Shown piece after piece: positions 28,220 through 41,845 of a stretch of 64,000 bases of DNA. The position numbers and the translations under genes are program-made. Positions within the stretch are counted from its first letter, which is position 1. Each line of letters opens with the position of its first letter. The notes under the pieces are model-generated. The model saw only the letters and a program-made list of their open reading frames with translations. It did no database searches and was not told where the DNA came from. This stretch comes from Balanoglossus misakiensis (taxonomy: Eukaryota > Animalia > Hemichordata): NCBI GenBank assembly GCA_040954595.2, contig CM082579.2:8049625-8113624 (forward strand). The letters run 5' to 3'.

Positions 28220-30281
28220 TGCAGTGCTGTGTACAAGATCTGAGTGTCCACTCTGCTTGGGAGCCAGGCCAGTGCAGGTTCAACACAGCCTCTGGCTTCA
28301 GTGTGAAAAGAGTGTACATGTACACTTTATCTGCAAGGATACATGTATTAAGTAAGTGTAGTGTAGTATTCGGCCTGGGACACTTCCGTTCTCGGTTGGT
28401 ACAATGTTAACCTTCCAAGTTGAGTACAATTAATGTCACGGTCTGACTGGTGCGAAAAACTCAAAACAAGCTCCAGGTAATTACCGGTATTCAAATCCAT
28501 GTTGTAGAAGGTATTTTCTATGTCGTTTGTTTGTATATATTACATCAATTTCTGTACTAACTTCCACAAAGTAAATAAATTGATACACTACCATATATTT
28601 GCATTAGTATCAAATAAATAAATGATACATACATGTATGTGGTTTCTTTGCGAGGTAAAATGTTATGCTAAGGGATTTACCCAATGTACGTGCAAGTTTT
28701 CGCTTCTTCAAGAAGTGACGCGCAGTGATGTTTGGGAACTCATCGTGAAATCAACGGTGGCATGCCCTGCGTATGACCTCAATTTTCTTCACTGCTGCGC
28801 ATCTTGATTCTGCCTGATTTGGACGGATTGATTCATTGCACATCAAACATAACAGGCTTTGCACTGCAGGAATGATGTGCAGGAATGATGGGCCATAAAG
28901 CAATGACACAGCGATCAGAAATCAGAAGTCCAAGTTATGCTAGCAAACACAATTTGCATAAACCGTTACTAAATTCAAGTTCAGCGATAAAAATAAATGT
29001 GATGTTCCTGTGTATTTGACAGACTGCAAACATTATTTAGGATTCCAGTAGGCTGTTACAACAACGTTTGAAAATGTTACTTTTATTTCTCAATAGTATT
29101 CAGATTTATAATTGATTAATAATATTCAATATAATTTTTATTTAAATGTGTGCACAATTTTGTGACAACACTGGCAATAAGAAATGGTGACACATAATTC
29201 CTATGTGTACAATGTACCTCACCTGTGCCATAGGTGCTCGTACCCCCTGCTACTACACATAGCCTGTGGTGGCAGTCTTTAGCCTCTAGTTCGAACTACA
29301 GGTATTCGCCTACTTATTGAATAATCACGCTCTATTTCACCAACAGCTGTTCAGTAAATGTCATTCAAGGTGAAAATCTCAACAGTTGGCGGGGAACAAG
29401 GGTACAGTACCGGTAGAAAAAAAAACAGATATAATACTGAAAAACAGCACAGAGTTACAGATACGTACCCTTTAACATACTACAGTTGTATGATCAGAGT
29501 CGGACCTATACCTTTGACTAATCTATACACAATCACCCATACAAGGCTGTTTGCAGTGTTTTTTGTCTGCACTGATAATTCCCACAGCAGATGAAGACAA
29601 TATCCCTGCTCGCATCAAGAGGGACACGGAGATCGGAATGGAATGAATGGGAAAGGGCAACGGATAAATACCGCTCTTATCCTCTCATCTCTGACACAGG
29701 TAAATCAACTCCCCCGACTTGCAATCCAGCGCCGTTTCTTGACAAATGATCTCTTTGAACTGAACAGATATCGGTTGCAAAACATGCGTAATTTGAACCC
29801 CACACTCTGGGCATTATGCCAGTGCTTGCAGTACAGAGAGTCTTGGATCAGTGAGCATGGTGTATTTTTTCTGTTGTTGAAAAATAAAAACCCAACCCAG
29901 ACAAGAATGTGCAAATGACTGGGACTAAAGGCCAACACTGTTTTTCTCAAGTATCTGTATTTAATCAAGTATAAGCATGGTTTAGTGAAACGACCAATGG
30001 ATGGAGTGATTAGAGATCCCGTTATATCAACAAGAACTCTAAGACATATTTCTACAGGCTCCTCAGTTAAATAGTGACTTACGATGGGTTCATACTGACT
30101 TCGAGAAAGATTTCAACAGACTCTTTCCTTTTGTTTTGTTGTCAAAAACTCGGGGTACGGGTGGACAAAATTTTGGGTAGGTGTGGATTGGCCTAGTCTA
30201 GTATCCACGATGGCAATCCCCTGGACATAAACCCTGACATTAAAGTTTGGGTTTAAGTGTCCACTGGGTAAAAATAAATTA

Positions 30282-30455
30282 CTGTAAAACGGGAAAGTTT
30301 TAGCGACAATTAATTTTCGCAAACTTTACGAGAGCCAAAAAAACGTGAAAACAAAATGTTGATAACAATGCAGTTAGTGAAATACGAGAACACTAAAATT
30401 AATTGTCGCGTAACACTTGCCTCTTTTGATATCACGAAAATTTCCCGGTTTACAG
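30282..30455. mobile_element. MITE with CTGTAAA termini (TA-type, Tc1/mariner-like non-autonomous element)
   Basis: TA|CTGTAAAACGGGAAA ... TTTCCCGGTTTACAG; internal inverted pair GCGACAATTAATTTT / AAAATTAATTGTCGC. Confidence 0.75.
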
Positions 30456-33400
30456 TTTACATGTATCCTAAACCAACATGCACATCAACTTACCTTTGAC
30501 CTCTTCTAGTACTTCTTCACAAATTTCAATTAAAAGCACCGCACTTGCATCTGATATATTTAACAGCGCGGAATGGGGATAACCTAATAACGACCGGATA
30601 TGCTGAACACATATGAAAGTAATCCCCACTCACTTTTTACAGCCCCTGTTATGCATTAGTCTTCATGAAGTTCAAATACATTAAGGATAATTTATCATTT
30701 GTCAACTTACTTGTGCCTGATCAACCGTGAAGATGTTAGCTGTACTGCCAGCAAGTGTATCTGCTCTGCTCCGAAACGTCAGTCACATCAAATCACCAGG
30801 CAGACATGACAGGCAATGTTAAATCCAAAAATAACAGCGCAGCCAGAGCAAAAATGGATCAGAAGAAAACCGCTGACTCTTTATCAGGAACAGGAACCGG
30901 ACGTCGTTACTTGGGAATGGTCTAATCTCTGCTGCAACACCAACAGAATGCGAAACCTGAAAAATATTTACACCATCTTATCAACCAATGATTACATATG
31001 AGAAAATATTTCTTTTACGATAGTTTCCTGTGATTCAAAACTTTCAGTTCAACTGAAGTTTACATACCTTCAAAGCAAAATGCCTCAACTCTACTCCTTA
31101 TAAGAAATTTTCACATGCACTTTTCTGGTCCAACAACAAAATTTTGCCTGCATATACACACCAGCACGACTTTTTTTCTGAAGCCGCAATGCACTCAGTC
31201 GTTTACGGTAATTACGCACTTCAGGACTTAACCATTTTTTCTGTAGGGGTCGGCGATGAATTATGAAGTCCTGATAATACAATGCACATGCAGACGCAGC
31301 TCATTTTATCTAATAAATGTTCGCTGGTACAACTGTATCTCAAATGTGATGTTCCGAATCTCAATTAAGCTGTGATTCAATATACTCCGAAAACACAGAA
31401 ATGAAGGAAATCCACCCCTGGTTCGTTAATGCTACGACCTACACTGGAATTCACATGGTTCAGGAAACGCAGTGGCCAAGTGCATGATAGACACCCACCA
31501 CCAGATGCTGGATTAAAAATCCAAGGTCGAGCCTGCTTCTTGTGGCATTTCTGTGACAGCAGTGTTTGACATCACTCGACAAATTAACACACCCAGTCGG
31601 CTTCAGAACACTCCAAAGAAAAAAAAAACGCCACAAACGCATCATTGATGAGGACTGGATTACTCTCAAAAGGCTCAACATTTTTCATATTTGACTCAGC
31701 TGTTTGTACTTGTTCACTTTTCCCAGCACTTGCCGACACCTACAAGTGTATTTGAGTTTATTCTTAGCTCCGTGCGTAATCCGGCCAGGTCCGACGTTTA
31801 CAGCTGCAAACACTTTCACCTCAGTCAACTTCGTCTAAGAACTCATCAATTGCGATTCTGTCCCAGCTAATCATCTTGCAGAGCCAAATCACAACGACAA
31901 GATTCTTGCTCCTTTGGTTGTCAAGGTGAAAAGGCAGAACTGTTAAACCACAAATCTGTAACTGAGCCCCCCTGTGAAAATAGCTTTCAATGTTGATGGC
32001 GGCCATAAATTTGAAATCAGCAATAAAACCAAACCTTGTGCCGTCGTAATTCTCACAAAAATTCATGTACAAGGGCATATCGTAATTCTCCCTATCTATT
32101 AATAGGGGCTTGAAACGGCGCATCACAAGGTGTGTGGGCGCACCATGGACCACCCTTAGTAGCAAGCCACAGTCACTGATTGATTTTTGACAAGACCCAC
32201 AAAATTCAAGTTGATTTTGATCTTTTTCACCTGTTTAATTTGCAACCCTACTACATGTGTTTTCGTTACCAGGCATTTTTTGTTAGAAATTCAGGGGAAA
32301 ATCCAGATTTCTTTCCTTTGCAGAAAGAGCAGTTGGCTGTCAAGCCACTCTTCTTTGGTTCCGGTGGTCTATCTGGTTCTGGCAGTCTATATAGACACTC
32401 ATGGTAGCACTTGTTGATATAAACAGGTTTACAACAGAAACCACTCCAACACCAAGAGGGGCTATTGACAGGTTGTGTTCACAACATTTCTAGGTTGTCA
32501 AGGAGAGAAGAAGCCATAGTCTATTCATTAGACTGCCCAACCCACTCCGATAAGTTAATTTGGATTTGTTCTACAAGACATGTTGAGATAAGATACAGAC
32601 TAAAGAAGGCTGTGAAGAGCTTTATGAGTGAATTAGGGACCTTCTCAAAAATGTGCCAAACAAAGGAAAGGGTCATTAACCTAACGAACCAGGACAAAAT
32701 GCTGTTAGCTGTGGATAGTTACATGTAAGTGTATCAAATGGAAATGGTAACACAAAAATTGAAATATATACTAAGGGAAAGAACCTTAAATAGGATTCAT
32801 GCACTTTACATTTGAGTCATTCAAAATGTAAACATTGAAGTTCCGTGCAGTCAGTAAATGTGTGTAGGGGACATCACAGTGTAACTCTACCAACCCGTTG
32901 AGATGTGCCCTTGGCTTTTTGGGGTTTTCTCACCAGCCACTATCATCTATTGTCAGTGTTTTTCCAGACAGAGGGGGTCAATTGATCAAAAAAACCTGGC
33001 ACAGCTATCCCAATATATTCATTGTTTATAAAACTTGTAAACAAATTCCTTTTGCGGCTATAATTCCTTCAATAAATCACCCGATATTTGGACAATAATG
33101 TGTTTATGTGTACCCTGCAAACACAATTCATGGGACTGTGACCATTGTTGACTGTAGACAGTGCCGATCAAATATTGACCAGCCCGGTTTTCTTTCCTCC
33201 TTCAAACATTCCTACTAGCAGTTTCGCTTCACTCCTCAAGGATTTCATCTGACTCTGAAACACCATGTGCATGTATATCATGCGTCGGACACATTTTCAA
33301 AAGCATACAAATGTGGTAGTAAACACGGTCTGTGATCTGACCAATGCATGCTAAAAAGACAAACAGAGAATTTGTATATTGTCCATGCATTTGCAGCATT

Positions 33401-34811
33401 CAGTAATTAACACTTTGGGATAAGTTTTACTAGAATTATTGACCCACATTTTCGAAATTCCAATTCTAGTGAGTTCTACAAAGATATTTAATTAAATCTA
33501 ATTGAAAGAAATAATCAAATCTGGGAAAAGATACCAAATCTTTATCAACAAAGCGTATCTTAATACATGTAATGTAATTATACCACGACCTGACACTTTT
33601 GCACTTTTAGGCAAAGCAACGTGTACCTAGCAATTTCTGACCTCATAGACTGGATCTAGACTCAGACATCCCCACCCTTGACATTGCAAATGAAAATGCT
33701 AATTGACGCAAAGTCTCTCGTATGTCCAAGTGCGTACGTCTTGTCTGTCCAAAAATGCCATGAACTTGGCCTTCACATTACATGCGTGCTATGGACAAAA
33801 AGTTGGCAGGTTTTCAAAATGCCGACCCCCATCTATGAGAATAGTTGGACGTAATTCATCCGTGAGAATTTATTATTATCGTAATTAATGTCGCACGTAC
33901 ATTTCATTTTCCCCCAACGGTAGACGGGATTAAGGCATGCAGCCACCGGTTGCTGTTAATTAATGCTGGAACATTCCCTTTGTTAGACAATAGTTCTACT
34001 TTTTTTGTTATAAAGCAGAAGCACGGAAGTTTATTGCCAAGCTTCGGAGCAGCAAATTATTCACCACATTTCGAGATAAAAGTACCGGTATTTAACTATG
34101 GAAAGGCAAAACCTTGTTGACTTTGGTGCGATAGTGTGTGCTGTTCGCAGACACCCAGACGTCTTACGGAGAGAAACGTTGGTTGACACTGAGCAAACAC
34201 GAACAATGTACGACTTCCAGCTACAAAACCAATATCCGTGTGTCTACGGTGTACGCCTTATCCGCATGGTTCATGTTGCGTGGGAATGCAATAGCTGATG
34301 GAAATCGTACCTGAACTTGTTTGCTCACTTCTGCCTTTACGGTTAATCCCGTAAATCTTTCAATTCTCGTGTTTCTCTCTGGCGAGTCTTGTCAGATCCA
34401 TGACTGGATCGCGATTGTCTGCCGACTAGGCTCACAAATAATTTTTTTTTTCGAGAAAACTTACACAACGCAAGTTTTCAAATCGTGCACTGCATGTTAT
34501 TATTTAGGTCAAATTTCAGAGTTGAAAGTTCACATTTCTGTTAGAAATTTCGTGATAATGCCGTTTTTTGTACAACATGTATATGGCAGATATGTCACAT
34601 AGATCTAGTAAACTGGGGATTCTTGACGTTACCGGGTAACCCCCCTCCCAAAAAACAAAATAATCATGATATGGTGAGGTCAACTTTAAGTAGGGGATCA
34701 ACTCGCATATGTCCTACCCAGCATACGACAAAAAATCGGACACGTGTAGGTTACGACCGAATCACCCGAAAATTCACACAAAATACATCTGCAGCCCCCA
34801 CCATCTCTTAC

Positions 34812-34984
34812 CTGTACCAACTATCAGCACAGAGTCCAACCAGCTGGAACACTGGGCACGGCGACATGTCAAATGACAGCGGTTTCTGCCGGCCTGAGGC
34901 ATGTCGGCCATTCATTGCGCCGCTCACCGCCATACATTCCAAAATACCGATTTTTCTTTCATGTGCCCAAGGGCTGAACACCCT
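34812..34984 (-). other. Putative 5'UTR exon of the large minus-strand gene
   Basis: GC-rich block ending in a strong donor CAG|gtaaga at 34812; possible acceptor gtttag| near 34984. Confidence 0.3.
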
Positions 34985-36904
34985 CTAAACATCCCCGGCA
35001 CAAAATACCCTCCATTCATGGCCGTGTGTCATGCAAATTGACTCGGTCTTCCCTTCTGTTGTTGCCTTTATTTTATGAATACAACTGCACACTCTGGGGT
35101 AACTCCAAGACAAGGCAATCTCTTAATCGTACAGAAATTACTGGGTTTTTTTTTCTAAAGCACTAGGTACACATTGCTGTAATGAAACAAATCACTAGTT
35201 CTTGGGTTTTTTTGTGCTGTTCTTCCAGTCATTTACGCAATCCATATGTGGTATCTGCCGAGGGCCGCTACAGGGCACTGGTCAACAACTTTGATAATGT
35301 CAATTGCTTGTTCTGGGAACTACCTTGTTTATGTTGTTAAGTAAAAAAAATACAGAAACCCTCTTTGTTGTTGTTTATCTTTTCGGTTCAATATTGTTCT
35401 TGTGACTAAAATAATCATTGGGCTTTTGCAGTTGGGAAACTGCACCACAGGGGTACAATATTCTTTCTTCTGCAAAATTAGAAATCAATATTTGATCACT
35501 GCAAATGTTTACAAACTGTTGTTGACCCATACAAATGATGTGCAAGGCATACTCAGACAAAGAGTGAATCATCTATTTTTACTGTGCATAGATGATGCAA
35601 TGTTTTTTGTTTAGTTTCCCAAGTTTCAAAAAGTTCACTTTTAATCATTGTAAAAATATGCCAAAGATAACATTTTATTTCTATCAAGTTATCTGGTGAG
35701 TATATATTTGTAGCCATCAAAGTGATTCGACCAATCAGAGAGGACCTTTCGTGAGTGCACTGAAAAAGTGCCCAACGTCACTCAAAAAGTTAAACACTGG
35801 CTTTCTTTCCGCTTGCAACGAAGAGAATTTAATTAACTTGCAGTTTTCGCCCGGAGCGTTTCAAGGTCAGCAGTCGGGTCACCAAAATGTGACCTCAAAA
35901 GGGGACCGTTCAAGGACAAGTATGAACGCTAATCTGACTTGCAAACTCCCGGCTAAAACTTCTGAACTCCACACGTACACGTACTTACTTTGTGACACGT
36001 ACATGTACATGTATTGATTTCAGAAAATTAGCACAAGAGAGCTGGTTTTGAGTGGTCTGAAACGGGTACCAGCCGAAAATCTCCCCATCCTTCTGGAAGT
36101 CACTGCTGACGACAGATCAAGACGTTGAATGGAGGTTATATTTTTATAAGGGTTCAAACAGAAATGCACATGTCAAAGACAGGTGAAAGGAACCCAGTTA
36201 TACTAGTACATTTCCAACTGAACTCAATGCAACGGAGACATAAGCCATCCGACTTTTTTCCCCCTAAAGGCCTTGCTGAGATTAAATTTCCATCTTGAAA
36301 CCAGCAAAGTAATCTGGAGCCAAGACATCTTAAAGTATTACTCCGATTCGGTTTCAAAAACTCTCTAAATCAATTACACATGTGTTTTTTTCATGAAGCC
36401 TCTGACTGGTCCCCAGCACTTGTAAACCATGGACATAATACTACGCATAGTAGAAGTTGCCTGAAGGAGTTTACTAAGCCACTACAGGCGTACACAAACA
36501 TAACGAAAAACATCATTTTGTACAGCTCGCGAACTTGATTATTCCCAGGGAGCTTTAGAAGCTCGATGTCTACTGTACATTGGTCTAGTTTTGGAAGCAA
36601 AGCGGACAAACACACGGCCAGATAAAGTCTTATCATGCGCCACCTTTTCAAGTTTCATCATCGCTAAAAATTGCTCTGTTGAAATTGACAGTTTCATCAA
36701 TCAAGTTCAACAACAGATCTGTAGACATCGCGAATTCCACAAAATGACAATTTTGGCCTGGTCACAAAGCTATTAAATTTAAGCGTGTGTGGCAGTGTGT
36801 ACATACAATGTATTTGCTATAATTACAAGTGCTCGAAAAGATGTATTTGGACAGGGAATTACGTAACGCTTCTGTTAGCAAACTGAAATGTACAAGTAGT
36901 AATA

Positions 36905-36976
36905 GGCGCGCAAACCGTCGCTATGCGAAGCCGAAGTGGTTCAACTACAGCTTCCCTTAGCGACGGCTTGCGCGCC
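36905..36976 (-). other. 72-nt GC-rich stem-loop
   Basis: Minus strand GGCGCGCAAGCCGUCGCUAAGGGAAGCUGUAGU-UGAACC-ACUUCGGCUUCGCAUAGCGACGGUUUGCGCGCC; about 33-position stem with 3 mismatches and 2 G-U pairs. Confidence 0.75.
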
Positions 36977-37465
36977 GCGCCGGTGAGAGACGCGCGAGTC
37001 TAACTTTCAGATCCATCCAAAATCTATGCCTACTGGTATTTTAGGGGACAATCGCGCCAAAGGGATCGTCATTTTTGCTGCTCGACAATCTCATGTCTTG
37101 ACCAGTAACAAAGTTGTTCATCCGTAAACCTCGCATCGCCTGTTTGCATTGCATAAAGAGACGCCTACAGAATTAAAATGCCTATACCGCATGTGTTAAA
37201 CTCAGCCTCTGAGACCTTTGAAACGACACGCGTCTCACATACTTACTTCGCGATAGGTATAAATCAAATGCGACAAAACAGATGTCTTCTTAACATGATG
37301 TTCGCACCTCTTTTCATACAATTACAAGCCCTTGAAGCGTAATTTGTTTTTAAACAGAATGGATTTTCGAGAGTACAATAGGCACTCTTCACGACACTCT
37401 GACAACGAACTCATTATATTTCAATACACTTAACACACATAAAACTGCGGATTCTACCACTTTAC

Positions 37466-37660
37466 CTTGTAACACCAAAGTACGGATTGTCCCTGGTGTC
37501 GTAAACGATCGAGAAACCGTGTCAGTCTATCTCTGGACGCAACCTGTCCGTGTGAAAAGAAGACGCGACGCGGCCGCACCATTCAAATTTCCCGAACTTA
37601 GCTGAACTCGCTGATCTTGTTGATTGTAGCAAAGTTACTCATTTGCATATGCGGTGCTTA
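37466..37660 (-). promoter_or_regulatory. Putative promoter / first (5'UTR) exon of the large minus-strand gene, divergent from ZCCHC10
   Basis: CpG-rich segment ending in donor AAG|gtaaag at 37466; octamer ATGCAAAT at 37641-37648; CpG richness continues into the presumed first intron. Confidence 0.45.
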
Positions 37661-38878
37661 TTTCATATGTTGGACTCTTCCAAAAGTTACACTCAAATAG
37701 GGGAGTCGCTGGCCCTTTTCGCCGATTGAGGACACTATTATTACACAGATCCACCGGCCTGAGTTTCTGGTCGAATGAACTCGGCCCGTTACAAGTCACT
37801 GAACAAAATCGATGATGACCTTTCTCAAGAAATTCACACAAAACCTAAAAGACGAGAATTACATTCATACATGATGCACAGTATACAAAAGTTTTCCAAC
37901 AGAAAATTCTCAACTGTGTGGAGGGAGCGTGCCTGACTAAATTCTGTACAAAGAATCAAACATTTGGCCCCCCAAAAAACCGACCACATGAACGTGTACA
38001 AAAGTTAAGCAACAAAAACTTTTGCTTGTCATGCCCTCAAAACTACTGTCTGTGCACAGAATCAAACTTTTTTGCAAACAAATTACGTGTACAAAAGTTT
38101 ACCCGAACAAAAGAAAACTTTGTTGCCCTATATCACTGATATTGCAACTGGTTCAGAGAAAAGCGAACACGATTTTTTTAATTACAAGTTCCAATAGACA
38201 TTGCAAAATAAAATAAAAAAGAATTGTAGGTATTGTGAAGTTGGTAAACTGTTGTGCATCGCTGCGAGTTCCCCGGCCATCTCAAGCTTCATTTGAAATG
38301 ATCGTTAGGACGTTCAAACCAAAAGCTGAGGTATTGAAAAACTAAGGTCTATGCAAAAAGGTTCTCTTTTCACAAGTAGAAAATCGCATGATTCAGTTTG
38401 TTGACGAAACATTCATATTTAAAAAAAGCAGTATGCCAAAATGCACAGAGGAATGAGAAATTATCATGAATCTATAACCATATTAAATAAATCTCTATAT
38501 TTTGATTGATTCGTCAATTTATGAATGTGAAAATAGTAGATAAACTTGAACCCTCTTCATGCTAAGACAAATGCGTACATTGTACATATGTTTCTTGTCA
38601 AAACCTTCGATAATCTGCTGACTTTTCATTTGCACGTCTAGTTCAAGCATGGAGCTACCACTGTTCAAGTTAATGCGTGGGTAAAACCGTGGCCTATGCC
38701 AACAAAAGGAGTGTATCAGGTGATGTATTCCAAAAAGTTCATGATAATGTCACCTCTTTTACCATTTCCTCTCTCTTTTCAAAGTTTATTAATCGATTTG
38801 CCGCAAGATCCAGTATGCGTTGAGCGTGAAAGAGCCCTCTGTCGACACTATTGAGAGAATAAAGTCCAAGCATACAAA

Positions 38879-40357
<1,479 letters not shown>

Positions 40358-41220
40358 CATCCTGGATAAGATTGCAGAGAAAGAGAGTCGGGCTCTCTAC
40401 ACCGCTGACATGTGTCACTTCAGCGTCAATCTTGGAGCCACAAGACCCTCCACAGGGCAAAGTTACAGTAGAGGACTAGAGGCAGATACTCCAAACAGAG
40501 GGAAGATAGTACTGAGTATGCCACCCACCACCGTTGCAAATTGAATATTCTCCACATTTGGAAAAGTCACTGTTTTTGAACTTTGACCTATGACATTCAT
40601 AAAGCAGCGCTGCTTGGAAGTGCAGTGTTTTTGTCATGGTCATGTCAATGACTGAATTCAATGTAAACACCTATTCAGAGGACAACCATAGTCGTACATT
40701 GATTAGGTGTGTTTATCGAGAAAGCTAGACCATAGCACAGTTTTTCAGAGAAAAAAAAATGGAAGTTGACATATTCTCTTTATACTTTGTGTTCCCAAGC
40801 CCACTATTTTATATGGGAACATCACATCTCCAAGAATGGTACACAGTGTTCTGTTTTGCCAAGTAAACATTCTATGAACGTACATTGTATACATCTTTGA
40901 TTTTTAAAGCCTAGCCCAACAGGACAATGACTGGTCTTGTATAGTGTCACTTATTTTTTATCAGTCTTTAATATGCCAAAGTGAAATGCAAGTGGTTTTA
41001 ATTTGTATTAAATGAAGAAGGTTGCCTTCTTGTTTGACATATTGATGAAATGTACACCACATGCCTTCATCCAGTACACTATATTCTGCAATAAAGCTAA
41101 ATATCTTTTAAGATCTACATATTGTGCATTTGTGTTTGTCACAGGTATAACGTGGTACATGAAGGAAAATTTACAGCTGAAATAGTCACCCTCTTGCAAA
41201 GACTGAGCACTGTTCTCTAG

Positions 41221-41305
41221 CCCTTTCACCCCCAGTTACCTCTTTAGAGGTCCAACCTTAACATAGAAAACAATGGGTTTGAACTGAACCGTGGTGGTGA
41301 AAGGG
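41221..41305. mobile_element. Second copy of the piggyBac-like MITE, opposite orientation
   Basis: CCCTTTCACC...GGTGAAAGGG ends; its reverse complement shares CCATTG and GTTGGACCTCT internal motifs with 1873-1966; flanks are not TTAA. Confidence 0.7.
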
Positions 41306-41845
41306 CCAGAGATTGAGCGGACGCCACGAACAGCGCCCTCTCTGTCAATCAGCACTCGCCAAGATTCGTTATCCAAAAACAACAATTTGGACACTGAGAG
41401 CGCTATTTACGATTAACTTTGTCCCTAAGGGAAGAGAAAATATTGCCTGTCAAAATTGGAAAAAATAGGCCAAAACATACTGTGTAAGAAGAACAGTTGC
41501 TATACTAAAACTTGTTATACTAAACAACTTAAAATCCAGTGAATCCTCCTGAGATACAATGATGCATCCGTTTGAAGTATACAGTACTCATTAAAGTGAA
41601 TTAAGAATGCTCCAATCATTTTTTTTTTAAATGTCAACAAACACATATGAAACTTCTCGCAGCATATTATTAACTTATTCAACTTAATTTCAAAGTTGAA
41701 AAACACCTGCACCATCAGAATTACATGATTTTTTATATAAATAGTCACAAATCAGTATAAAACACCTTCAAAGCCTGGGAAGGGTGTTCTGTTTTGCAAT
41801 GATTACAGGGGACTAAGCCTAGCTGGAAATGTCCAATGGACACTG

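Noticed and set aside
265-36776. The many 60-125 aa ORFs in the left 37 kb
   Set aside because: Many use non-ATG starts, composition looks random, and no domain is recognisable; expected by chance in eukaryotic non-coding DNA.
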